Part shown: positions 23,854 through 36,200 of the stretch, piece after piece
Numbering within the stretch: position 1 is the stretch's first letter
Layout of the letters: each line of letters begins with the position of its first letter
From: Haliotis cracherodii
Lineage: Eukaryota
Direction of reading: 5' to 3'
Assembly: GCF_022045235.1 (NCBI RefSeq)
Contig: NW_027266279.1
Span: forward strand, 3,472,001 to 3,536,000
DNA length: 64,000 nt
Translations under genes and position numbers: made by a program
Notes under the pieces: model-generated
What the model saw: the letters and a program-made list of their open reading frames with translations, nothing else
Databases searched by the model: none
What the model was told of the DNA's origin: nothing

Positions 23854-26800
23854 ATGTTACCATTGCTGTTCTTGGTCTTCGGGATTTTCCACTCGATCAC
23901 TGCGGTTATAACAACAGGTAAGTACAGTTGAACAAGTTTGTATTTGAGTCTTTAAGTGGTGAGGATTAATGCCGTTTTGAACAATATTGCAGTTCTATCA
24001 TGGTGTCAGTTTAGTATGGGATGATATTATACAGTCCAAAGTGATGTAAGTTTTAGACCACTTTAGCGAAACCCATTGGTATAGTGATGACAAAACACTA
24101 ATTATAATCAGTGCAAATCTGGGATTCGAACCCACGATTATCTGACCCTAGCACGGTGAGGGAAGTAACTCTTCAATTCAGAATTAATATTTATTTCTAT
24201 TTTTTTAATGCACCATTATTCCGGCTGTGTGGTAAATACCTGTAAATAATCGAGGCTGAACCAGGCGAGCTCTTAGTCGCCTTTATTTATATTTTATTAA
24301 CTTTAGGTCAAGACAATTGACCTTGTATTAATATAAATATCTTCCAGGCATAAATTCGTACTTTACTTATGATGGCAAATGATGACAGCATCTTATTCCA
24401 GCCACCTCTTTTTCTTGAAAAAATGCTTAAATTTAGAGATTTATTGAAGCGCTATGTCAATCACATGGTGTCTAAATTATCGAATTTAAACTAAATTATT
24501 AAATGTACGCTGTACATACAAGATATTCTGAAAAAAATGTGTTGTTAAAAATAATATTGACTGTTGGTGCTTGTTACAGAGAAAACCATTGTATGCCTTT
24601 AAACTTGGTCTTCGGTGTGACAAAGTCTACTCTGTCTCACCGAGGAACAGTTTCACATTCATCATTACCATAGTAACTATTTATGACTGGATAACGAACA
24701 AACCTTTACATGTACCTGAACAAATTGTAAACTTTTTGATCGGACACAATAGTAAATGAGTGATCATGAATGCGGCGCCTTAGACGACTTAGACAATTGT
24801 GTCCATGGGAGGATTCGAACACGGGTCTTTGGCGTGACGAGCGAACGCCTTAACCACTTGGCTACCCCACCGCCCGTCTACGTATTGACGAAAGAATGTA
24901 TTGATTTCGGAAGGAGGGTCAACGAGCCTGGTTGATTCTACTTCCGGAATCTACAGTCTCGAGTGATTACTCCGACTAAGATAGATAGAAAATTTTGCAA
25001 AGTGACCTACACTCGTGTCAGTTTGTTTAGCTTTTCTTCAGAATGGTTAGTGGTTAGCTCAAAATCAACTGCAATAATAGCATGACGTCATCATATAGAC
25101 TCTTCAAAAGGAAACGCACAGGTATTTTTTAGAAAATTTATTTGTAGCTCATAAAGTCGATTTATGTAATTTAATATCATAGATACAAATATGAAATTGT
25201 GGAGCTCGATAGTCACATGTTACCGTTGTACAAAGGAATTGAAAACTGTTCATTGTCATGTCACATCAAGCCACAAAGTTGCGCTGAACTCAGCATCTCG
25301 TGTGACCGCCCCTGGCAGCAATTACGGCTCTGTATCTCCTCGGCACTGGCTGGATAAGTGTACAAATTCTGTCCTGCGGAATTCTGCGCCTTTCTGCTTG
25401 TAACGCGTTGGTAAGTTGTCTGCGGTGTGTTCTGACGTTGACGTACACGTCGATAGGAGTTCATCCCAGAGGTGTTCGATTGGGTTGAAATCTGGAGATC
25501 TCGACGGCCAGGGCAAGAGGTTTATGTTGGCATTATGAAGGTAGTCTACCGTCACACGAACTGTGTGCAGTGGGGCGTTGTCCTGTTGAAAGAGCTCCCT
25601 CTAGCGGTCAATGATTGGAAGAAGGTGAGGTTGAAGAATTTGATTCATGTAGCGATTTGCTGTCAAATTTCCCTGAACCACAACGAAGTCATATCTCTTG
25701 GTGTAGGATATGACCCCAAAACCATGACACTACCGCCACCGAACTTGTCGAATTCACGTACACAATGTGGGAAAAAACGCTCATTTCGACGACGATTAAC
25801 ACGTTGTCTTCCATCTCGCCGGTGAAGAAGAAATCGTGATTCATCGTTAAACCACACTTGTCTCCAGTTTCTCAAATTCCGAGGCTGTAAGGTATGGTAC
25901 CAACGCACGCGTCGCTGCCGATGGATCTGTTGCAAAACAGGGACGATAACTGGTCTTCTGGGTCGGATTCCAGCCTCGCGAAGATGGTTCCTGACAGTCT
26001 GGTCCGATATCCTCCTCAAACCAGGGATCCGTAATGCAGTCTCGTATCTGTGGCATTGCGTTGACGTACGTGGAACAGTCAAATGTAGCGATCATGTGCA
26101 GGGGTGGTAACTCTTGGTCGGCTGCTTCTCGGGCGGTCTGCAGTGGAATTGAGCTGTGTATATCGGCGATAAATGCTGCTGTGGTGGGCGTTGAAGTGGC
26201 GAGTAATAGAAGACTGTGATTCCCCTCTTTGGATACGTCCTATGCCGATGTTCCGATCGGCAGCACTGAGTCTCGGCATTTTTGAACCTGATAAATGTTG
26301 ACATTTGAATGACGTATTATTGGCTTATGCTTGCCTTTTTTATAGCCACTACCACGAGTTACGAATGCCATAACTTGCACGTACATTTTGCTTTACTGTT
26401 TTCCTCCATGACATTATGAACAGGTGTGAAAACAATGCCGTTTAAGACATTGCAAATCGACAATGGATGCGTTTTGACGCCCTGTTTGTCGAATATCAGG
26501 CCACCAATATTTTCCAATAACATATATTCAATTTATATTCCGGGTTTTTTTTTGTGTAGTCAGGTTCAATGAACTACATACTTCCTGTGCGTTTCGCTTT
26601 TTGAAGAGTGTATTACGGCGCGTGCCCATGATTGGTTAATCCCTACATGTGTTAATCCAGACGGTTTCACAGGAAGAGTCTGGATTAAGAGGCTCTCACT
26701 GAATAGTGTGATCATGAATGGTCTCTCACTCAATAATCCCATGGGAATCCTGGGTTAGAATTGTTCCCTATAATCAGGCGACCAGACTCTGATTTGGCCG

Positions 26801-27164
26801 ACTGTGTGTCACCTTCATCGTTACTCATGCTTTCATTCACTGGTTTGCCCGGTACAGACTCGACTATTTACAGCTTTGATACCTCTGAGATAACAACGGC
26901 TTTAAACAAAATTCACTTTTTCTCACACTGTAACATCAGACCTGTATGTTTTCAGTTCCCACAACCCCAAGCATGATTGGCAGCATTGAGTATTCAAACA
27001 GAATCACCACGCCTTCACAAGACATCATCGCCAGATCGTTATCACCCCGCATCATGGCCTCTACAATGTTGCTGAGGATATTATGCGCTTACTGCCAGAA
27101 GATTGAAAGAAGTCATTATGAAGGCTACAGCTGTCGGAAAGTGTGTGTGAAGATGTCATCGTAG
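23854..27164 (+). CDS. Candidate small secreted protein (~90 aa) with C-terminal CxxC-x12-CxxxC; exon1 23854-23917, exon2 26956-27164
   Basis: TATA-like TATATATAG at ~23783. Exon1 MLPLLFLVFGIFHSITAVITT is hydrophobic and ends AG|GTAAGT (phase 1). Acceptor TGTTTTCAG|TT continues in phase into VPTTPSMIGS...LCAYCQKIERSHYEGYSCRKVCVKMSS*. The exon pairing is inferred. Confidence 0.55.
25096..26612 (-). mobile_element. Tc1-like (DD34E) DNA transposon, both TIRs present, transposase frameshifted
   Basis: TIRs TA-GACTCTTCAAAAGGAAACGCACAGG and CCTGTGCGTTTCGCTTTTTGAAGAGTG-TA. Transposase fragments from 26279 down to ~25390: MPRLS.., ISDQTVRNHL, WFNDESRF, FGGGSVMV, QQDNAPLHT, WPSRSPDFNPIEHLWDEL. Confidence 0.92.
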
Positions 27165-27567
27165 GGATGACACTCACGAAGTTCTACCACTCACTGTAAA
27201 GATAGGACTTCAAGTATACAAAATAATGGTGCCAGTTAAAGGAGGCCTGTCTAGTGTCGTTAAGGAGTTGATTCGTCACGCTGAACGTCCGCGGTTCTTT
27301 TCCCAATATGGGTAATCATGAACTCAATGAGACATTGACGATATCTACTGAGGGTAATCATGACTTGCTAGATTTATGTTCATCCTAACATTGTGGAACA
27401 TTAAAGTGGTGTTTGATTTGATTGGATCAGACTTCCTGGGACTAATCGATGCCAAAAGCGAGTCTCTTTTAAAGATATCAGAAAATGGAGTAATCACAAA
27501 CTTTTTACTAGATGGTGCGTGCGTGCTTGCGTGCGTGCGTGCTTGCGTGCGTGCGTACGTGCGTGCG

Positions 27568-29560
27568 TACACGGACACTGCAATCTATGTCCACTGTGTG
27601 GGTTACAATAAAGCCTACACGGACACTACAATCTATGTCCATTGTGTGGGTTACAGTAAAGCCTACACAGACACTGCAATCTATGTCCACTGTGTGTGTT
27701 ACAGTAAAGCCTACACAGACACTGCAATCTATGTCCACTGTGTATGTTACAGTAAAGCCTACACAGACACTCCATCCCATGTCCAGTGTGTATGTTACAG
27801 TAAAGCCTACACGGACACTGCAATCTATGTCCACTGTGTGTGTTACTGTAAAGCCTACGATCTATGTCCACTGTGTATGTTACAGTAAAGCCTACACGGA
27901 CACTACGATCTATGTCCACTGTGTGTGTTACAGTAAAGCCTACACGGACACTACGATCTATGTCCACTGTGTGTGTTACAGTAAAGCCTACACGGACACT
28001 ACGATCTATGTCCACTGTGTGTGTTACAGTAAAGCCTACACGGACACTACGATCTATGTCCACTGTGTGTGTTACAGTAAAGCCTACACGGACACTACGA
28101 TCTATGTCCAGTGTGTGTGTTACAGTAAAGCCTACACGGACACTACGATCTATGTCCAGTGTGTGTGTTACAGTAAAGCCTACACGGACACTACGATCTA
28201 TGTCCAGTGTGTGTGTTACAGTAAAGCCTACACGGACACTACGATCTATGTCCAGTGTGTGTGTTACAGTAAAGCCTACACGGACACTACGATCTATGTC
28301 CACTGTGTGTGTTACAGTAAAGCCTACACGGACACTACGATCTATGTCCAGTGTGTGTGTTACAGTAAAGCCTACACGGACACTACGATCTATGTCCACT
28401 GTGTGTGTTACAGTAAAGCCTACACGGACACTACGATCCATGTCCAGTGTGTGTGTTACAGTAAAGCCTACACAGACACTACGATCTATGTCCAGTGTGT
28501 GTGTTACAGTAAAGCCTACACGGACACTACGATCTATGTCCACTGTGTGTGTTACAGTAAAGCCTACACGGACACTACGATCTATGTCCACTGTGTGTGT
28601 TACAGTAAAGCCTACACGGACACTACGATCTATGTCCACTGTGTGTGTTACAGTAAAGCCTACACGGACACTACGATCTATGTCCACTGTGTGTGTTACA
28701 GTAAAGCCTACACGGACACTACGATCTATGTCCACTGTGTGTGTTACAGTAAAGCCTACAAGGACACTACGATCTATGTCCACTGTGTGTGTTACAGTAA
28801 AGCCTACACGGACACTACGATCTATGTCCACTGTGTGTGTTACAGTAAAGCCTACACGGACACTACGATCTATGTCCACTGTGTGTGTTACTGTAAAGCC
28901 TACACGGACACTACGATCCATGTCCACTGTGTTTATTACAGTAAAGCGTACACGAACACTACGATGTATGTCATCTGTGTGTGTTACTGTAAAGCCTACA
29001 CAGACACTACGATCTATGTCCACTGTGTGTGTTACAGTAAAGCCTACACAGATACTGCAATCTATGTCCACTGTGTGTGTTACAGTAAAGCCTACACAGA
29101 CACTACGATCCATGTCCACTGTGTTTATTACAGTAAAGCCTACACGAACACTACGATGTATGTCATCTGTGTGTGTTACTGTAAAGCCTACACAGACACT
29201 ACGATCTATGTCCACTGTGTGTGTTACAGTAAAGCCTACACAGATACTGCAATCTATGTCCACTGTGTGTGTTACAGTAAAGCCTACACAGACACTACGA
29301 TCCATGTCCACTGTGTTTATTACAGTAAAGCCTACACGAACACTACGATGTATGTCATCTGTGTGTGTTACTGTAAAGCCTACACAGACACTACGATCTA
29401 TGTCCACTGTGTGTGTTACAGTAAAGCCTACACAGATACTGCAATCTATGTCCAGTGTGTGTGTTACAGTAAAGCCTACACAGACACTGCAATCCATGTC
29501 CACTGTGTGTGTTACAGTAAAGCCTACACAGACACTACGATCCATGTCCACTGTGTGTGT
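27568..29560. repeat. 48-bp minisatellite (~41 units) TACACGGACACTACGATCTATGTCCACTGTGTGTGTTACAGTAAAGCC
   Basis: Direct periodicity, preceded by a (GCGT)n microsatellite at 27517-27567. Confidence 0.97.
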
Positions 29561-30379
29561 CACAAGTGTCTAAGCTCAACTGAAAAAAATCCTCTTTAAT
29601 GGAGCATATTACTCATCGCCTCTCAGCAGATCTCTGGGCGCTGAATAATTGTGTAACTTAATATAATTAATGCCTAACTCAGAACTTATTTCACGGAGTA
29701 GGTCCAGGTCAGACGTCAACAAATTCGGCGACTGTGGGCATGATGTGAGGGAGCGTGGGTGTTGAGCCGGATGCCGCGTTGAGATCCGGACGGAGTACCA
29801 GGAAATGTCGCTATGATCATTTTTACAGCCTCTTTACTGAGGAATGTTATCATGATCCAACCGCAAGCTGTTCTGGCCGTATCTGAATGAGAACTTCCTT
29901 ACACAGTTACGCCAATCGTCGAAATTATGTTTTTTATCTACATTAATATCCAAACAAACTATAAAAAAATAATTCCCGACGGTTATGGAGCTCAGATACT
30001 CATTTGTCATATAAACATGCGAAACAGCTGGCCAGATATCAGTTCTCCAATCTAGAAGTAATCATTGATATCGACATCGTTAAGAACGATAACTGAGTTA
30101 ACTCTGTCAGTGGAAATTGCTTGTTATGATCCATTATGCACACGATTTCTGGGGTCGCACGGTCTTGTACACTTAGCCGTCGTGACTATTGAGGTTTGCA
30201 TAACGATGAGGGCACAGCCTTTTAAGTAGATAACAGAGTTTCGAAAAGTTTAATTCTAAAATCATGAATGTTATATTTGTGTGATAAAAAACATTATAAC
30301 TATCATTTTCTGAATCTGTGTATAGTTATATGGCTGCACAATAGCCGATTTATGTGCATATGTACACGTCTAAATCTGC

Positions 30380-32995
30380 AAATGTAGCTGTCTACATCAG
30401 ATCTGCATATATAGCTGTCTACATCTGCACATACATCTGTCTACATCTGCATATTGCAGCTGTCTAATTCTGCACATACATCTGTCTACATCTGCATATG
30501 CAGCTGTCTAATTCTGCACATACATCTGTCTACATCTGCATATGCAGCTGTCTAATTCTGCACATACATCTGTCTACATCTGCATATGCAGCTGTCTAAT
30601 TCTGCACATACATCTGTCTACATCTGCATATGCAGCTGTCTAATTCTGCACATACATCTGTATACATCTGCATATGCAGCTGTCTAATTCTGCACATACA
30701 TCTGTCTACATCTGTATATGTAGCTGTCTAATTCTGCACAAACATCTGTCTACATCTGCATATATAGCTGTCTAATTCTGCACATACATCTGTCTACATC
30801 TGCATATGCAGCTGTCTAATTCTGCACATACATCTGTCTACATCTGCATATGCAGCTGTCTAATTCTGCACATACATCTGTCTACATCTGCATATGCAGC
30901 TGTCTAATTCTGCACATACATCTGTCTACATCTGTATATGTAGCTGTCTAATTCTGCACATACATCTGTCTACATCTGCATATGCAGCTGTCTAATTCTG
31001 CACATACATCTGTCTACATCTGCATATGCAGCTGTCTAATTCTGCACATACATCTGTCTACATCTGTATATGTAGCTGTCTAATTCTGCACATACATCTG
31101 TCTACATCTGCATATATAGCTGTCTAATTCTGCACATACATCTGTCTACATCTGCATATGCAGCTGTCTAATTCTGCACATACATCTGTCTACATCTGTA
31201 TATGTAGCTGTCTAATTCTGCACATACATCTGTCTACATCTGCATATATAGCTGTCTAATTCTGCACATACATCTGTCTACATCTGCATATGCAGCTGTC
31301 TAATTCTGCACATACATCTGTCTACATCTGTATATGTAGCTGTCTAATTCTGCACATACATCTGTCTACATCTGCATATATAGCTGTCTAATTCTGCACA
31401 TACATCTGTCTACATCTGCATATATAGCTGTCTAATTCTGCACATACATCTGTCTACATCTGCATATGCAGCTGTCTAATTCTGCACATACATCTGTCTA
31501 CATCTGCATATGCAGCTGTCTAATTCTGCACATACATCTGTCTACATCTGCATATGCAGCTGTCTAATTCTGCACATACATCTGTCTACATCTGCATATG
31601 CAGCTGTCTAATTCTGCACATACATCTGTCTACATCTGTATATGTAGCTGTCTAATTCTGCACATACATCTGTCTACATCTGCATATGCAGCTGTCTAAT
31701 TCTGCACATACATCTGTCTACATCTGCATATGCAGCTGTCTAATTCTGCACATACATCTGTCTACATCTGTATATGTAGCTGTCTAATTCTGCACATACA
31801 TCTGTCTACATCTGCATATATAGCTGTCTAATTCTGCACATACATCTGTCTACATCTGCATATGCAGCTGTCTAATTCTGCACATACATCTGTCTACATC
31901 TGTATATGTAGCTGTCTGAATCTGCACATACATCTGTCTACATCTGCATATGCAGCTGTCTAATTCTGCACATACATCTGTCTACATCTGCATATGCAGC
32001 TGTCTAATTCTGCACATACATCTGTCTACATCTGCATATATAGCTGTCTAATTCTGCACATACATCTGTCTACATCTGCATATGCAGCTGTCTAATTCTG
32101 CACATACATCTGTCTACATCTGCATATTGCAGCTGTCTAATTCTGCACATACATCTGTCTACATCTGCATATATAGCTGTCTAATTCTGCACATACATCT
32201 GTCTACATCTGCATATGCAGCTGTCTAATTCTGCACATACATCTGTCTACATCTGCATATTGCAGCTGTCTAATTCTGCACATACATCTGTCTACATCTG
32301 CATATATAGCTGTCTAATTCTGCACATACATCTGTCTACATCTGCATATTGCAGCTGTCTAATTCTGCACATACATCTGTCTACATCTGCATATATAGCT
32401 GTCTAATTCTGCACATACATCTGTCTACATCTGCATATGCAGCTGTCTAATTCTGCACATACATCTGTCTACATCTGCATATTGCAGCTGTCTAATTCTG
32501 CACATACATCTGTCTACATCTGCATATGCAGCTGTCTAATTCTGCACATACATCTGTCTAATTCTGCACATACATCTGTCTACATCTGCATATGCAGCTG
32601 TCTAATTCTGCACATACATCTGTCTACATCTGCATATTGCAGCTGTCTAATTCTGCACATACATCTGTCTACATCTGCATATGCAGCTGTCTAATTCTGC
32701 ACATACATCTGTCTACATCTGCATATGCAGCTGTCTAATTCTGCACATACATCTGTCTACATCTGCATATGCAGCTGTCTAATTCTGCACATACATCTGT
32801 CTACATCTGCATATGCAGCTGTCTAATTCTGCACATACATCTGTCTACATCTGCATATGCAGCTGTCTAATTCTGCACATACATCTGTCTACATCTGCAT
32901 ATGCAGCTGTCTAATTCTGCACATACATCTGTCTACATCTGCATATGTAGCTGTCTAATTCTGCATGTGTATATCTCTACATCTGCATATGTATC
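30380..32995. repeat. 44-bp minisatellite (~58 units) GCAGCTGTCTAATTCTGCACATACATCTGTCTACATCTGCATAT
   Basis: Direct periodicity; the unit is a diverged dimer of 22-bp halves. Confidence 0.97.
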
Positions 32996-33275
32996 TGTCC
33001 AATTTACATTTACATGATGAAAATAAGTCAAAATCCGCCATGTGATCACAAACGACAACATGATATTCCAGTTTTCATCTGCCTATACAAATAACACGCG
33101 AAATTAGATTTAAATACTTTAAATGGCTCTTATCTGAGGTCACGGTGCTTATTAAGTCGGTGCAATTAACCTTTCCAAACGCTCGATAAACTATCTCGGA
33201 TAAACTACAAGTGCCGGAAGCCCATAAATAGAGATATTTGACAACCCTCGCCCCCAGTTTCACTCAAGCTTCAGC

Positions 33276-36200
33276 ATGGGGAGGTCAGTTGTAGTTGCTG
33301 CTCTGTGTGTCGTGGTGGTAGTGTCGGGCGCTGTTCATGACGACACTCAAGTTTCGCAGCTGAGAGAAGAAGTCAATGAACTGAAACAGTTTATACAACA
33401 ATCAGACGTCACACGCCGGGAGGCGGAGGAGGAGGAGGAGGTCACCGCAGGTAGGAGAGGCATGAGCCCACGACGAGGTATTAAAGCTGATTTGAGGAAA
33501 ATATCCAACCAGTTACGGGGATTGGAAAGCATGTTGAGGCGTGTGGAAGAAGGTGTTGCAGAACAAAAGGTTTGTCTCCGTGACCAAGGTGACTTAGTTC
33601 AAAATATCATGAACCACTGCTGCGTCGGAGACAGAACTTCTGGTTCAACGGAATCGCCCTCTGAGAACGTCATTTCCACTACTGAAGCTCCCGACCGTAA
33701 GCTAAGTTTATTCACCAAAGAAGCCTTTTAACTGTTATTTGAGATGCAAGCACAAATAATTCGTCACTACTCGGCCCTTTTCGTAACCTGTAATTGATGT
33801 GTCACCACGCGCCATTCCGTAACCTGTATTTGACTTCGTCACCAATCGGTCCTTTTCCTTACCTGTAATTGATTTCGTCACCAATCGGTTCCTTCCGCAA
33901 TCAGTAATTGATTTCGTCACCTCTCGCCCCTTTCCGTAACCTCGATTTCATCCACACTAGCCCCTTTCCGTAACCTGTAAGTGATTTCGTCACCACTCGC
34001 CTCTTTCCGTAACCTATATTTGATTTTGTCCTAACACGCCCCTTTCCGTAACCTGTAAATAATTTCGTCACAATCGGCTCTTTCCGTAGCCTGTTAATTA
34101 TTTCGTCAATTCGTGACCAACTCGTGTTTTCCCGGGACAAGCCGAATAGTGACTCGTGCCCCTCTCGTGGCCCTTTTTGCGACCGGGTTCCGTCTTTGCG
34201 CAAACGGGCATACCTAAAACAATTGTCAACTCGTTGCGTCATGGTTTACATATAATTCCCCATATATTATATATATTCAGATGCAATTTAAAGCACATTG
34301 TGACATGCGAAATAATACAGTATGATTGAACAAATTTAACTGTGTCTTGGGTATATTTTTAGATGCAAGACATATGTAAAATCCAAGATTATTTCTGAGG
34401 GATTCTCTGACGAAGAACTTGAAATCATACGCGCATTCTGAATGGTTTGTCTTATTTTCGCACATAACATACATCGAGAGGGGGACGAGTCTTCTTACAG
34501 GTTACGGAAAGGGGCGAGTGGTGACGAATGTTATTTCGTCCCAACTCGCCCCTTTCTATAACTAGCCGATGGGATCATCCAGAAAGTGCGTATTCTTCGA
34601 GGTTCCTTATTCTAATTTTGCTTGTCTAATATCTTTGGTTATTGGTATAACTAATTAATTAACATTTCGCACGACCTGTTATGAATGCAAGAGCGTAACA
34701 AAGGTGTCACGTGCCGGGAAGGAGCTTGGTTTCTGGCGTGCCTTTTGGACACAACTCTGCCCAGTGGCGCCTCACACGACTGGGCCAACTGCTTTACAAA
34801 CACTACTGCACATCACCGACAATCATTCGAACCCAACACCTAATTCAATAGGTCCTTTCCAGTGAATTTGACCGATCTTTCACGACGGGCTGTCCATGAA
34901 AAAGTTGTGAAAGGTATCGCGCAGACACTTTCATCGCTTATAAATTCTTCTAATCGACTGTACCAATTGGGCTGTTGTATCATGTTTAGTCAGACACTCC
35001 AACATGAAGGATCACGTTCTCTTTTGCAGAGCAACTGTCACCAACTGTAGTCGTCGTTGTCGGGACAACGCGCACGACGATTGAGCTGGCGATGACACCC
35101 TCTTCTAACTATGGGAACCGAGAGGTCACATGGTATGAAGTTCGGCATAATACTTCCGGTTACGATGTCGTCTACTTTGTTGTGGGTAAGTAATAGACAC
35201 GTCACACCGATAACCCTTACGGAAAGATGCGAATGTTGCCGAATGATGTAAGTGCGATTAAAAAAACGACAATACCAATGCACAGTCATTAAAGTTTTAA
35301 TATTAACAAATCTACGACTCTGTTTGCATCTAGGTAGTCTAACGGACACTCGTCATTTTGTGGTGTCGGGTTTGGTGCCCAACACGCAATACACATTTCA
35401 AGTGACTGCATGGTACAGCCGTAACGACGGAGAGATTGCAAACGTCACAGCAAAAACACTGCGTAGGAGTAAGTATATAAACTATATAAGTATATAATCT
35501 ACACTGTCACACACCTCTGTAAATATACTCTTCAAAAAAGGAAACGTAATACGGATATTTGGGGCTATAAAATCAAAATTAGCAGAACCAAGAGGTCCAA
35601 AATGAGGTTTACTGTGTTATAGTGTCAGTGACAAATTTCCCGGATCAAAATGATCACAACAAGGACATGCAAACCATTAGTCGGGAAACACGTACGATTC
35701 GGAAACATGCACCCAGTGCAGTAACAAAAGAGCAATGGAGCTGCACGTACTGCACATGCAGCAGCACTATGAACGGTATTAAAGTGCAGGGTTTTAGATC
35801 GCCTGGCATCTGCGTCAATCGAACAGTGACAGTTCAACAACATGCCAAGATTAACAGAAGTGCGAAGAAACAACCTCATAGGCCGCATGCAGGCAGGAGA
35901 ATCCCGATCAGCTTTTGCCAGGGTTATCTAATGTACCGCCCAGCACCATCACAAGGCTATGGGATCGGTTTCAACAACATGGGTCAACACGCGATCGGCC
36001 AAGGTTGGGACGACCACGACAGCTCCACCTACGCTGAAAGGACAGCAACCTCAACTGCATCCCAAATATCCGGACTGCGCAGAATCTCCGACCAGACCGT
36101 ACGAAACCGTTTAAGAGTAGCAGGTCTACGAGCAAGACGTCATATTGACGTCAACACAGGATATGGCCTCAACTTCGATGGAGAGATGTTTTGTTCGGTG

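Noticed and set aside
27512-29599. 570-695-aa ORFs with CVCYSKAYTDTTIYVH repeats
   Set aside because: They arise because a 48-bp unit lacks stops in several frames. They start in a microsatellite, switch frame mid-way and have no gene signals.
29700-29887. Cys-containing open stretch (GVEPDAALR...CRYDHFYSLFTEECYHDPTASCSGRI*) after an in-frame TGA
   Set aside because: Short, with no convincing acceptor, start or SECIS. I cannot support it as an exon or selenoprotein.
27568-32995. Repeat arrays as CRISPR-like
   Set aside because: No unique spacers, no cas genes, eukaryotic context.
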